NCBI GenBank assembly: GCA_051294375.1
Contig: CM119263.1
Span: 24,423,447 to 24,487,446 of the forward strand
Direction of reading: 5' to 3'
Origin: Paraspadella gotoi
Lineage: Eukaryota > Animalia > Chaetognatha
DNA length: 64,000 nucleotides
Shown: positions 42,821 through 56,054 of the stretch, in pieces
Layout: each line of letters starts with the position of its first letter
Numbering within the stretch: position 1 is the first letter of the stretch
Position numbers and translations under genes: made by a program
The notes under the pieces: model-generated
The model's input: only the letters and a program-made list of their open reading frames with translations
What the model was told of the DNA's origin: nothing
Database searches by the model: none

Positions 42821-44437
42821 ATGTCGGCCGCTGACGATTTCCAATTAATTAAGGAAGAATTGGAAAGCATCGCATCTGGTAATTCATTTCTACTTGTAAA
42901 CAATGGATAAATTTTGTCCAACACTTTTTGATGAAATCAGTTTACTTCATTATCTCACAGGATTGCGACGTCTATTGAACAGCACTACCTCCCTGAACGG
43001 AACGGTTTCTCAATTATCCGTGGTCGACGCATCCGTGGGCAAAGTGAAAGTCGCGACCGCGAGAGCGGATCAGTCTGACACCGGCGACTGCAGCGACGGC
43101 GGCGGCAGCAGCTGCAGCGTCGTAAGTAGTGGCAATTGCTGCGGCGGTCGTGGGGAACGTGACGAGGAAAACGTCGAGGGACTTGGCAACGAGGAGTCTT
43201 CTTCTATCGATGAAGATAAAAAAGATGTTGCCGTCGACGAGAGCGCATCCGTCGACGGCGCAAAAGCTGAGGCTCCATTGAAAGAAGAAACGGAACAAAT
43301 GGAAAAAGGCTCGGATGAAGAAATCAAGGTGGTAGAGAAAAGTCCCGAAGAAGCCCTGTTCGAAGTCACGATGAATGAGGCGTCCGCTGCGGAAAACTCC
43401 GTCGTCTGGGAGAAGGAAGAGGAACGAAGACCAGAATTGAAAGAGGCAAAGGATGACGATTCGAATGGAGTTGATGAGTTGAATGAATCAGATGAGGTAA
43501 ATGGCAACGAAGTAGATGAGATTTTCCCAGGTGAGTTTGGCGACGAAATTGATGATTTGCAAGAGAAAGAAACTATCGATGAGGGCGTCGATCAGGCTGA
43601 AAGCGGTGCCGGTTCAGGCGACCAAGCTGTCGCAGGGGACAATGTAGCATGCGAAAACAGCGGGGAGACCTCCGTGCAGACGGCCGTACCAGATCGTGGG
43701 GACGGTCATGACGAGACTAAAGATGAGATAGAAGAAAGTGATGAGGAAGAAAAAGTCGAAGAACACGGGAATGGAGATGAAGTGAGTCGGATAGTACACG
43801 ACGTACAAGAAAATAATGTTCATGCCGATAACCTGATAGAGAATGGGAATATTGAGATCTGTTCTCATGAAAGTGGACATGGGAATATTGAAATCTGTTC
43901 TCAAGAAACAGAGAATGAGAATATTATACTTGACGAAGAAGAACTTGAGGAATTCATCCCAAACGTCGACCATTTCCATGAAGATGACGACGGCGAAGTT
44001 TTTCAACCAGAAAAGTTTTCAAGAAATGAAAAAAGAGGAGAAAAAGCGAATGCGGCGCAGTTAATCGACAGCACCGTTATCTCGGTATCCTACTTGCTCT
44101 TGGCGATTTACTTTCTTTACTTCTTGTACTACTTACTATTCGGATGGAGCGACTCTGTGACGAGGACTCCACCACATTTTGAAGCGGCAATGGAGGTGTG
44201 TAAATTGAATATTTGAAAGTAGGCATTTTATGCGATTTATTTAACGGTTTAACTCAGGTCTAAAAAAAAAGAGTTCAGTTTATAGCTTGATATTTTAAAA
44301 AAATATATGGGAGTACTACTTAAAATATAGATCATTAATTTAATATGAAATTGATGTATTATTTTCAGGAGTGGTGGAAGCAAGTTTATGATGATGATTC
44401 CGAAGACGATACTGGTCACCTTTTGAAATATTTTTGA
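42821..44437 (+). CDS. Highly acidic disordered protein with a near-C-terminal transmembrane segment
   Basis: Exons 42821-42878, 42961-44195 and 44369-44437 join in frame. Glu/Asp-rich body, internal duplication GNIEICSHE/GNIEICSQE, hydrophobic VISVSYLLLAIYFLYFLYYLLFGW; AATAAA at ~44551. Confidence 0.75.
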
Positions 44438-44766
44438 GCGCTCTTTTGTTTTTCGATTGCGGGTCCCACGAGCAGGAGTGCTATCTAGAGTTTTTGTGAC
44501 AAAACGTAATGGACAAAATGCCATACTTTTATTTTGCGATGCGATTTATAAATAAAGTTATATGTACGTATTATAGTTGGAAAACATTTTTCAATCTTTT
44601 AAATGTACGTGTTTGGTTTTTATTAAGATACAACTTATTACAATTTTTTCTAATCAGAAATAAAAAAAAACATTTAGAAATAATTCTTAATAACCATACG
44701 ATACTTTCCTCACTCCCTATGTGAGCCATTTCCCTTTTCTCATTTAAACTTCTAAATTTTCACTCT

Positions 44767-44850
<84 letters not shown>

Positions 44851-46033
44851 CCCACATCCCCCCACCCTGGTTTTGAAACGCGTTTGCCATCAATTCCCAT
44901 CATGACGCCGGCGCCCGGTTGGTGCTTCGCGTTGACGTCTTCGTTATGTATCTCGATTTAGACGAATAAACGACGGGGACCCGGAAGCTCATCTGTTTCA
45001 CTTTAAGGAGGGACCTCACTTTGTCTTACGCCGAAACGCCAGAGCTCCGTCTTCTTCTCCGCTTTTCTTTTCTTTTCTTTTCTTTTCTTTTTTTTTCTGC
45101 TCTTCCTTTTAAGGCTTTAGTTTAAAATCTTCTTTGGGTTCTCTCCTTCTTTTTTTTTTTTTTGCAAGGGGATTGGCTTTTTTGTAATTTTTTTTTCTTT
45201 GCCAGTTTTTGTTTTAGCGTCGCTATAAGTTGAGCAATCAATCAATCAATCTTTTTACGCATGGTACTCTTTTCTTTCATTCCTTCCTTCACATATCTTT
45301 CTTCTTTCTTTTATTTTGGCTCTCTGCTCATATTGTGCGTCTCTTCTTTCCGATGGAAATTCATTAAGACCCGAGCGTCGAATATAAAAATCATCGTCGT
45401 CGTCATCGTCGTCGACTCTCATCGGTTGATCAGTCAAGCAACGGATTGTCCGGATGATTCTCCCGGCGCCGGAATTCTTCCACCGCGCGCCGGGAGCCGC
45501 GTCGTCGGGAACTGCGCGTCGGCCATCCGTCCGGTCTTCTCGGTCAAATTTGGTCCAGCGGGATTCGGCGCCGAAACCCGACGACAGCCCCCGACCGACG
45601 CCGTCCGTCGAACTCTCTGGCAGAGGGCGCCAACGCATCGCCGGGGTTGGTCGACGGGGCCGTAACGGGTAACACGGACGCCAAGCTGGATCGGTGACGC
45701 CGAATTGACGGAATCTGGCGACGCGATGCCGTCAAATTTTTTCGGTCGTCGGAGCGAAACGGGAAAAGCGACGACGAGGATGACAAATATGACGATTGCG
45801 GTTCAGCTTCATATGATAGAAGTTAATTAAAACTAAAAATCTAATAGTTTAATATTAATAAAAGTGTTCACTCTAGCGGTTTTTGTTATCGATGGATGGT
45901 CAACGATTGCTTTAGTTTGGAACTAAGCTTTTAATCCACTTTCTCCGCTCTCCTTTATCTGTCCTCATCTTCTCCCCTACCAAAATCCCTTCCCGCACTT
46001 TACGGGTGAACAATTGTCGCGAAGTCGCCTCAT

Positions 46034-46067
<34 letters not shown>

Positions 46068-47560
46068 CCGACCTCCCGGAGTCCTCGCTCCAGTCGTCGG
46101 ACCGGAACCGAGTCTTGTCGTCACCCGAACTCATCGATCTCTAATCCAGGAGACCAGAAATCGTGACTGTGTCGACGACGATGACAAAGACGACGATGAC
46201 AACGAAAGCGACTGATGACGGTGACGTTGATGGCCGAGTACTTTTCTCATGTTGATGAACGTGAAGTGGATGCGACGGACGACGACGAAGATAAAGACGT
46301 TAATGACGACGACGACGACGACGATCGATTTCGAATGCAGAAGGGATCGGAAGCGGCCATTAGTCGGTAAGGAAGGAGCCGCCGCCGCCGCCGCCGCCGC
46401 CGCCAAACGACGCATAATTGAGACGCTCGCGATCGGACGTTGACTCCGGACGTGGCTGTCGCCTTCATTTGTCGTCGTCGTTATCGTCGTCGTCGATTTC
46501 TTTTGGTCAGATTTTTATTGACTCCCCGATCCGTCGCCTTTGACGAGCGTTTGATTCCATTTGCGTGGAGAGTGGAGAGAGGGGGGGAGGTGTGGGGCGC
46601 GAATTGGTGACGAAGGGTTATTGCAAGCAAATCCGATGAAAGGAAAATTGGAGAAAGTTATGACATCATTAATTTCGATTACGGACGGATGGCAGTTCGT
46701 CGGCGGCGGCGGAGGAGGTGGCGGCGGCGGTGACGAATTCGCCAATCGAATATTGAAGCCGCGTTAATCATTGATTCGACGAAAAGAAAATTTGAGAAGA
46801 GCGTCCGTTGTCGTTAACTTTGTTCGAAACAGTGTTGCATTGTTCGAAACAGTATTGTAATTGTATTGTGTTGCTTCTTATCGTTTTGGCTCCCAATTGA
46901 GAATTAGGAGATAGATTAAATTACTAATGAAAAACCTTCGTTGATGAAAATGTCGACGAACGTTTTTGTCATCATTTTTTTTGTTTATTCGAAACAAAAA
47001 TCATATGCAATATTGAAACTAAAGTCGGAAAAGTTAAGTATTCCTAATTTGATTATACCTCGAGCCTTAGAAATATAAAATATTTGTTTCGCTAAACTAC
47101 TAAACATAACAAACGAGCTTTTCAACCCTCTTTGCGGCCAAGGGGTCATGACGCAAGACGGACGACGATCGGACTCAATATGAATGGAAGCGTCGTAAGT
47201 TGGCCAATGAAAAATGCAAATGACAAATGCGGATGATGACGATGACTGCGACCTTTTCGATCGGAAGAGACATCAAACATTCACGAGGTTTTTCTCTTGC
47301 GAGGACGTTGCGGCTCTTGGTCATTTGATCAAGCGGGTGGAGAGTGAAAGCCGTTCGATGATTTTGCTGGAAATCTGTTCGTTTTGAGAGAATGTTTAAG
47401 TTTATCGATTCTGTGAATTAGGTTTTTAAACTCAGCTGTTCTGAAAAAAAAAAAGACAGAAAGAAAGAACAGACTGAAAGGAAATGTGAAAGTAAGAAGG
47501 AAAGATAGAAAGAAAGACATAATGATTAGAAAAACAGAAAAAAAGGTAGGAAGAAATAAA

Positions 47561-47620
47561 CAAGACCCTGACTTTGGACAGGCTTTGGTGTGTTTAAGGC
47601 CTCCATCACTCTTTCAAGAT
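47561..47620 (-). ncRNA. Short type P5 twister-ribozyme copy with intact core and palindromic P1
   Basis: Reverse complement: ATCTTG-AAA-GAGT-GATGG-AGGCCT-TAA-ACAC-AC-CAAAG-CCTG-TCCAAAGT-CAGG. P2 has one mismatch; the 3' strand of P5 is lost. Confidence 0.7.
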
Positions 47621-48295
47621 AATGAAATTTCAGATCTCTGCAAGTTTCAATCGAGACTCTCTCTCAGTCTCGTTCATTCACTCCAGAGTACCTGGTTTTC
47701 CCTATCAATGAGTGGCATAATATTTAGATATTAGCCCAGTTATGAGCATTTTAAAACGTAAGTGGGCAGACAACGTACCGACCGACCGACTAACCAAAAT
47801 TAACTTAATAAATTGCTTTACGAATACTACTAACGGCGCAACTGTAAAGAAAGCAAGAAAGAAATAAAGAAAGAGAAAGAAAAGGAAAAGAAAAGAAGAT
47901 AAGAAATAAATAGGTTTCATAACTCTCTCCGCCGAGACGGAAAACTCAATCAGGTTTCACTTTCACCGTCGGGCAACTCAAGTAGGACGATTTCATCATT
48001 TTCAATTCCGCGCATCGTTTATGGGTCAAAACCGCGACGCGGCGCCATTTTGGTTTATGGCGTTTCGCGACGCGCGACGCGAGATGGCGCTTAGTCTCTT
48101 TCAGCTTTGTCAGAGACATGGCGGGTGGTGGTGGGGTCGAAGGGATATTTCTATCTAGGTGTGGGATGAAGTGTTAAACCGAGCACATACATGTCATAAA
48201 TGCTTTTTCTTATGATTACTATTTTAATTATATATTATTGTTAAAATATTTGATTAAAAGGTTAACAGGAATTTATGGTTCCAAGTGGAACCGGG

Positions 48296-48360
48296 ATTCT
48301 TCATTTGCTCCTCTCCACCACGTAGAGGCAACGTGGTGGAAAGGAGCAACATGATAGAAT
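48296..48360. other. Isolated ~65-nt hairpin
   Basis: ATTCTTCAT-TTGCTCCT-C-TCCACCACGT-agaggca-ACGTGGTGGA-A-AGGAGCAA-C-ATGATAGAAT. Confidence 0.75.
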
Positions 48361-48641
48361 TCAATTATTTTTTTTTAGATTAAATTAAAACAGTAAAAAA
48401 TAAGTAGCGATGATAAGAACACCGAACAATTTCCTCTTGACACTAATAACCTTGAACGATACACAGAGCTTATAGTTATACACAGAGTACACATTACAAA
48501 TTGACTGACATAACGCGCCAACTTTGATCTTACCAGTTACCACATAAAGTTGGTTTTGATTGAAGATTTCACGAGAGTTTCGACCGCGTACATTCCCAGC
48601 TGGAAAAATTGAGTGAATATTGGGGAGAGAAAAGCTTTCGG

Positions 48642-48726
48642 GATTGACTGAAACTTGGCCTTAGATTGGCTAGAGATTTGCTCCCGATTGGCGTTGGATT
48701 GGTCGCGGATTGGCCTCAGATTGGCC
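48642..48726. promoter_or_regulatory. Array of GATTGG (reverse CCAAT) motifs at exact 11-bp spacing
   Basis: GATTGG at 48664, 48686, 48697, 48708 and 48719, with variants in the same register at 48642, 48653 and 48675. Spacers differ. Confidence 0.45.
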
Positions 48727-49928
48727 GCGGGGCTCGGGAAGATTGCTTTCATGCATAACCAATTCTCGACGTTTTGGAGGAAAGAGAAACGAGAGAAAAG
48801 AGAGAAAAGAGGAGGAAAGGGAGGAAAGAGATAACCCGAGGAAAATGAAACGAGCAAAAACCGCGTCTGGCCCGCGGCGCAGGTGCCGGTGAGGGGGTTG
48901 GGGGGGGGTTGAGCCTGGTGGCGGGAATGATGGGGGAAGTGTTAGAATGTGGGGAAAGGTTGGAACTGAGGGCGTGGGAGGCTTTCTAAAGACACTTTCA
49001 AAATGAAAGGTCGAATTGTCAAATGGTGATGAAAGTAGAACTGCAATGCGAGATAAGGCTGAGTACAGATGAAGTGGGGGCCGAAAATTAAATCACGGAG
49101 TCAATTTTGGATTATCTCATTTAATTATTTTTTTCATAATAATATCGCTCAATAACATCTTTAATAAAAACGCATCAAGAAAGTTGCTGATTCGCGAAAC
49201 TGAAACAAACGGAAAGGCAGTAAGAAACTTTTACGCCGGGGGCTTTTCAAATTTCAATCAAATCCAGATGTTTGATTTGTAATTCTTTCGTTTTTTCGCC
49301 TCTTTTCTAATTATATATAGACGAAATACACGAAACGAATAAATTGACGACCTCAGGATAAAGTTGCTCTTTTGTAGCGACTTTCTTAACTGCGTCCTCT
49401 ATCGTCTCAAAAAGGAAACTTCGTTTTCTCGAGATTAACTCCATCGCCTCAAACTCAACCCTTTCCCTTAACCCTCCCCTTAAGTCGTCGTTTCCCTCTT
49501 TCCGAGTCAGAAAAATCTCTTTACCCTATTTTTTCATCTTCGTCTTTGTTCTTCTCCCCGGAACATCGTCGTCGTCGTCGTCGTCGTTTTGGTCGTTCCC
49601 CTTTTTTCCTCTAAGCGATTTTTGATGATCTTTTCTTTTCTTCTGTTCGCTTTTCCTTTTTTCCTCGATAACTTTTTTTATTGCCGGATATTATTATTTT
49701 CATTTCTCGGTTCGCGGCTTCTCGAAAGGCCATCGCCGCCGATGCCCGGCCGATGCCGCCGATGCCGCCGATGCCGCCGATGCCGCCGCCCCCTTTGTCG
49801 AGAGTTTCAGATCTTTATTTCGCGCTTTATCCATTTTTAATCGTCACCGAAGCCGTTTCGCGATATTTATCTATTTTCTCATCTCTATCTCTCTCTCTCT
49901 CTCTCACCTCTCTCCTCTCTCTCTCTCT

Positions 49929-49988
<60 letters not shown>

Positions 49989-50624
49989 AATCCTTCACGC
50001 AACTTTGATCGATCTGACTTTGTCCTCGTCACGAGTTTCGGTCATTTTCTTATCGACTCTTATGGATCATCTCTTCATCTTTAAAGACGCTTNNNNNNNN
50101 NNCGCTTCGTGGATGGCGCCTCCGAGGCTCTTTTCCAAAGCTGCTTCTTCTGATAGTTTCTTCCCAATCTCATGCACATAGTTGCACAACGTCGCGTTAA
50201 TTTGGTATTCCCTCTACAATATTTTGTCTACATATTTTGTTCAAATTGCTACACTGTACTAGTGCTACCAACCAATTGTTGATAATGGAATTTTGTTTTC
50301 CTTGCAACCGTTTGTCATTCCGTCGGCCATTGCCATTTGGCCCTTGAAGTTTAAGGGGAACGTTTCAAACTAAAGTATTCGTTTTTATTAATTGGCGATC
50401 AGATAAATACGTAGGACGCTCTAATAATATGTAGGTAGTTTTTTCAAACGATGATCAAGCAAAAAAATTTGTGATCGTTGACCAAATATCGCGTTAATGG
50501 ACCACTAACGAGAGCTAGCGATTTCAAAATGGCCGCGCCCATGGGAACCCCGATCGCCCTCTCTCGGGTCGACGACCAACTTCGATTTTATCGACAAGGA
50601 AAGAGAGAAAAGAATGAGAGAGAG

Positions 50625-50676
<52 letters not shown>

Positions 50677-50940
50677 GAGAGAAGAGAGAGAGAGAGGTCC
50701 AATATTGGGTCGTGAATGGGAGAGGGTGAGGTCTGAGAAGGTAGTAAAGAAAGAAGACGAGGTAGACGAATAACTTTGGGAGGCCAAATTTAGTGATCTT
50801 TGGGATGTTGCCTATTGGATACAAAACTTTTGTTCATTTCCCAATTATAACACAGCATAGCGATATAACGTTAAAGGCGAAAAGGATTCCTCTTCGGAGA
50901 TAGCGCCGACCAGAAAAGCGATAGGCGTTAATCTAGAATA

Positions 50941-51019
50941 TCATTGGCGGAGAGATAAGGTTCTCATTGGCGGAGAGATAAGGTTCTCATTGGCGGAGAG
51001 ATAAGGTTCTCATTGGCGG
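50941..51019. repeat. Perfect 23-bp tandem repeat x3.4 (TCATTGGCGGAGAGATAAGGTTC)
   Basis: Direct reading. Each unit contains ATTGG and AGATAA. Confidence 0.9.
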
Positions 51020-51971
51020 CGCCGTTTATGCATTTACGATGATGTCGTTATCTTCGTCACGAGAGTGACGTATCGGACTTGACGTGGGCGGAGGAGAAGG
51101 CGGTGGCGGGGGGTGGCGGTGGCCGTGACATCGAGGGCGTTGCCATGGGAGACGGATGGGATTCATGGGTGCCCTACAGAAATGAACCCTTTGACCTCGG
51201 GCATAGTAGCGTCGATGCGAGAAGTCGTAAAATTAATTGCGAAAGGATTGTTTTGAAACGGATGCTTAACACTTGCCCCTGGAATGTTAACTTAACATGT
51301 TAAGGCACGAGGAACCCTGAGATCGTCTTGTTATTGGGAAGGAAGTTTTCATGCGCGATTCATTGAGAGATATCGCTTGATTAAATAATTTCCGAAAGGA
51401 GAGAGAGAGAGNNNNNNNNNNNNNNNNNNNNNNNNNNNNNNNNNNNNNNNNNNNNNNNNNNNNNNNNNNNNNNNNNNNNNNNNNNNNNNNNNNNNNNNNN
51501 NNNNNNNNNNNNNNNNNNNNNNNNNNNNNNNNNNNNNNNNNNNNNNNNNNNNNNNNNNNNNNNNNNNNNNNNNNNNNNNNNNNNNNNNNNNNNNNNNNNN
51601 NNNNNGAGAGAGAGAGAGAGAGAGAGAGAGAAAGGCTAGCTTTTATAACCGAAGGGCAATCGAATTCTTACACCATAGAGCAACATCCTTTTCATGATTA
51701 TGGATGAATTCCAGGAACGTACATTACCTGAGATTTACAATGGGGCTTGTACAAAATGTTATGAAATAATTATGATGAACCAACGATAGAACAATAAAGA
51801 AAGCAAAAAAAATTGGCAATTGAATGGATGGAAGCTGCGAGCTGAATTTTTTAACTGATTTTTAATTCAGAAAAAAAGGGATAAAAGAGGAAATTGAGAG
51901 TCGAAAAATTGGAACGATTTCTCCCGCCATGAAATTAATTAATCGAGAGCTAAAAGTTTTCTCTCTTTGGC

Positions 51972-52044
<73 letters not shown>

Positions 52045-53201
52045 ATGAATTTGCCGGTCCGACGTGGTTTGAATTTCCGACGGGCGTTAACGGCTTTGGG
52101 ACCCAAAAAAAAAAAGTATTTGTTTAATCCACGGTGTTGATTGTGTACGAGGCAAGGCTTTGACCAAGATCTCAGAGAGCAATTTAATTCATACTATTAA
52201 AACTCAAAATAGAAACATATTAATATATTAATTAGAATTATATCATTCTTTATCGTATCGTGCAATAAGTCAAAATAATTTTCAAAAATAGGATTCACGA
52301 TCCTCGCTATCTTTTTTCATTGGCTTCGTCTCCCCAAACTCATTTTCCCTTTCATTTTCGTTTGTTTGTCGAACCTTTTAACTTCTCAAAACTCCTTCAC
52401 TTAATCGAGGATCAAAGTCTTCTTTACATCTCCACCCCCCCCTCTTCGCTCCCTCCCTTTCTCCCCGGTGCTTCCACTAAATCAACAAGCATCTGATTCG
52501 GGTTTTAATTTTTTTTTTTTATTCTAAATTCGCGATTTTCGGTGAACTCTTTCACAATCGAAGCCTTTTTCACAATCTTCCTCACTGTTCACTCCCTTTT
52601 TCTCTCTCTCTCTATTTTGATTGCGGTGGAAAAAGAAAAAAAAAGGAGGAAGAAGATACGAATTTCCGTCCGACAGACCGACCGACCGACACCCCGCGGG
52701 GGTGGAAGTGGAAAAGAGAGAGAGGGGAGAGGGGGTGTGGAAAAAAGAGCGTGGATGGGGGGTGGATGTGGAAAGAGAGAGAAGGGAGAGAATATGAATC
52801 GATCAAGGCTGGAATTGGAAGAAAGGGAAGAAGAGCTGGAAAGGGGAAAAATAAGAAGGCGTGATAAAAGAGAAAATGATAGGGAGGGAGTGGAAAGATG
52901 GGGCAAGGAGAGAATGACGTTTAGAAGAAAAAAAGGCGTTTAGAAACGAAGAAGAATGAAATTGATTTTTGGTCCAATCGAAAAAGGGCCAGAAAATACA
53001 ACGACGACAACAACAACAACAACAAAAAAACAACAGACACAACGGTAAAGAACGTCAGAAAACGTCAAAGCGTCCGCGCCCATATCGGCCGAAAAAATCG
53101 TCTCGACGAATAAGACGGAAACTGTTCATTTGGGGGTGGCTCGAGAAAGAGAATCTTCTCTCTCTCTCTCTCTCTCTTGTCTCTCTCTCTCTCTCTCCGT
53201 C

Positions 53202-53238
<37 letters not shown>

Positions 53239-54232
53239 TCTCTCTCTCTCTCTTTCTCTCTTCCTCCTGGACATCTCTCTCTCTCTCAAAAAGGGTTTCC
53301 ACAGGTTTAGATGATTATGCTGGAATATCGTTTAAAATCCAGGAAAATTGTTGGCGTGAAACGAAGGGAGCCTTGGCGTCGAGAAAAATTTTTTTTTTTT
53401 TCTTAGCACGCGGAGGCGGGAGGGGGTGAAGTGTTGGGACGAACGGGGGGTGGTGGCCGATGAGTTTTCCCCACCGCCCACCTCAATCCCACCTTTATCA
53501 GGGGGTGCGCGGTGTGGGGAGAGGTTGAAAATATCGGCTATGAAAACGACCGCGGATACGATGAAGGGAGGGCGGAGCGGGGGGGTGAGGGGGAGGAAAG
53601 AGGCCGAATAAAGTCGGTCACTATTTTGCCCTCATTTCCTTCGCTAACGAAATTTTCTTCCCGCTCGTTTTTTTTTTTCTTCTTCTCCCTTTTTCGGTCT
53701 GGGATGAATCAAAGCGAGAGTATCCAGGATTCGCAACGCATCTCTCGTTGAAGGAGGTGGTCGAGTGATGGGGTGGAGAGGATCGTGAAAGAATTGGGGT
53801 GGAAAGACTGGGTGTTAGGGTTGATGGAAAAAAAAAACGGGGTAAGCTTCGATATCTCGTAACCTTGGAAACGATGAGCATAGATCATCAATACTCTTGC
53901 TCGTCAAAAGGTTTTCAGGGAAAACTTTTTGGCGGGAATTTTGCTCAAAACTAAATGGAAATTCCATCAAAGATTCCATTACGAAAAACGTCAAAAGTTA
54001 GTTTAGATTTTGTACAGCGAAGCTTGAAATATGGATGAAACTCCAACACAAGGCTTAACTTATCCCAGCGACTAAAAAATTCCAAGTAATAATTCACGTC
54101 GAAAGGAAAACAATTCCATCTAAGAGCAAACAGAAAAATAATTCCATCTCTCCGCGTTTTCCCAGGAACCGAGGGTCCATTTCGACCCCCCGCAACAGGG
54201 GGGACCGGTTGGCGGGAGGCTGTCGACCCCGT

Positions 54233-55825
54233 CCGGGTCCATTCTCGCCCCGATGGGTCGAGAAGGACAACCGGGCAGCGACGGGCTCGAACCCCTTTTG
54301 TCAATCCCTTCGGTTTCTCCTCGTGTTTGTCGCGTTTTTTGTCATTTATTTTCTATTCATTCGTCTTTTGTTTTTCTTTTTGTTTCGTTTCGATCTTTTC
54401 TGTCTTTTCTTCTCTCGGCCACGAGCGCCGGCGCGGAAACGACGACGACAACGACGACGACATCGATTCTTGTTTGATCGGCAATAAATTCACACCTCAT
54501 CAAATCCGCGGCCTCGGCCGTGAGTCTCCTCGGTTTTAAGGGGGCGGGAAAGAGGGGGGGGGGAGGCTAAAGATGTTTTGTGCCGGGCGGAGGTGTTGAT
54601 TGCCGGACGCCGGACGGAACGTCGGTCCACCCCGATCGGTCGGTCGGTCGTTGAATTCCAAAACACACAAAAACCTTAAAAGCCGATTTCGATTCTTGTA
54701 TGGGAATTTTTTTTGCGTCGCTATGCAAACTAGACGAACCGTTGGAAAATCAAACAGCGTCGACGTTAACTATGACGCATTTTTTCGTTTGATTTAATTT
54801 TTTTGACCCGCCGTTGACAGAAATTTATGTTGTTTTTTTTTCCCTCTCCATTGTTGCCAAGTGATCGTCGCAATTGTGGTTTTGAAAAGGCTTTAACTGT
54901 TAAATCTTCAATTCTTGAAACCTAAAACCAAGCTGCGGTATAAGTACTAGTAATTTCCTGTATATGAACCAAAACTTTCAAAATATTTCGTGTTTTTGTA
55001 TTACTAATATTATAATAACCCAATTGAAAAACCGGGTCCATTCTCGCCCCGATGGTCGAGAAGGACAAACCGGCAGCGACGGGCTCGAACCCTTTTGTCA
55101 ATCCCTTCGTTTCTCCTCGTGTTTTGTCGCGTTTTTTGTCATTTATTTTCTATTCATTCGTCTTTTGTTTTTCTTTTTGTTTCGTTTCGATCTTTTCTGT
55201 CTTTTCTTCTCTCGGCCACGAGCGCCGGCGCGGAAACGACGACGACAACGACGACGACATCGATTCTTGTTTGATCGGCAATAAATTCACACCTCATCAA
55301 ATCCGCGGCCTCGGCCGTGAGTCTCCTCGGTTTTAAGGGGGCGGGAAAGAGGGGGGGGAGGCTAAAGATGTTTTGTGCCGGGCGGAGGTGTTGATTGCCG
55401 GACGCCGGACGGAACGTCGGTCCACCCCGATCGGTCGGTCGGTCGTTTGAATTCCAAAACACACAAAAACCTTAAAAGCCGATTTCGATTCTTGTATGGG
55501 AATTTTTTTTTGCGTCGCTATGCAAACTAGACGAACCGTTGGAAAATCAAACAGCGTCGACGTTAACTATGACGCATTTTTTCGTTTGATTTAATTTTTT
55601 TGACCCGCCGTTGACAGAAATTTATGTTGTTTTTTTTTCCCTCTCCATTGTTGCCAAGTGATCGTCGCAATTGTGGTCTTGAAAAGCTTTAACTGTTAAA
55701 TCTTCAATTCTTGAAACCTAAAAACCAAGCTGCGGTATAAGTACTAGTAATTTACTGTATATGAACCAAAACTTTCAAAATATTTCGTGTATTAGTATTA
55801 CTAATATTATAACCCAATTGAAAAA
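54233..55825. repeat. Near-identical ~800-bp tandem duplication (54233-55031 / 55032-55825)
   Basis: Both copies start CCGGGTCCATTCTCGCCCCGATGG and end AACCCAATTGAAAAA. Differences are mostly single-base homopolymer indels. Confidence 0.92.
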
Positions 55826-56054
55826 ACAACCTCCCAACAAACTTTAAATTGGAGCTATCAAGTCAAAACGATAATGATGAACAAACGTGGAAGACGGAAA
55901 AAAAATAATCTGGTCCAGAGACCAGCGTAAAAAAAAATTAAAAAAAAAGCTAATCTGGATCAGAGACCAGAAAATAAAACTCAAACGATCTCAAGTGGAG
56001 GAAAAGATTAAATTGGCTCAAGACTCAAAAAATGGAAAGTGGGCAGCGATTTCA

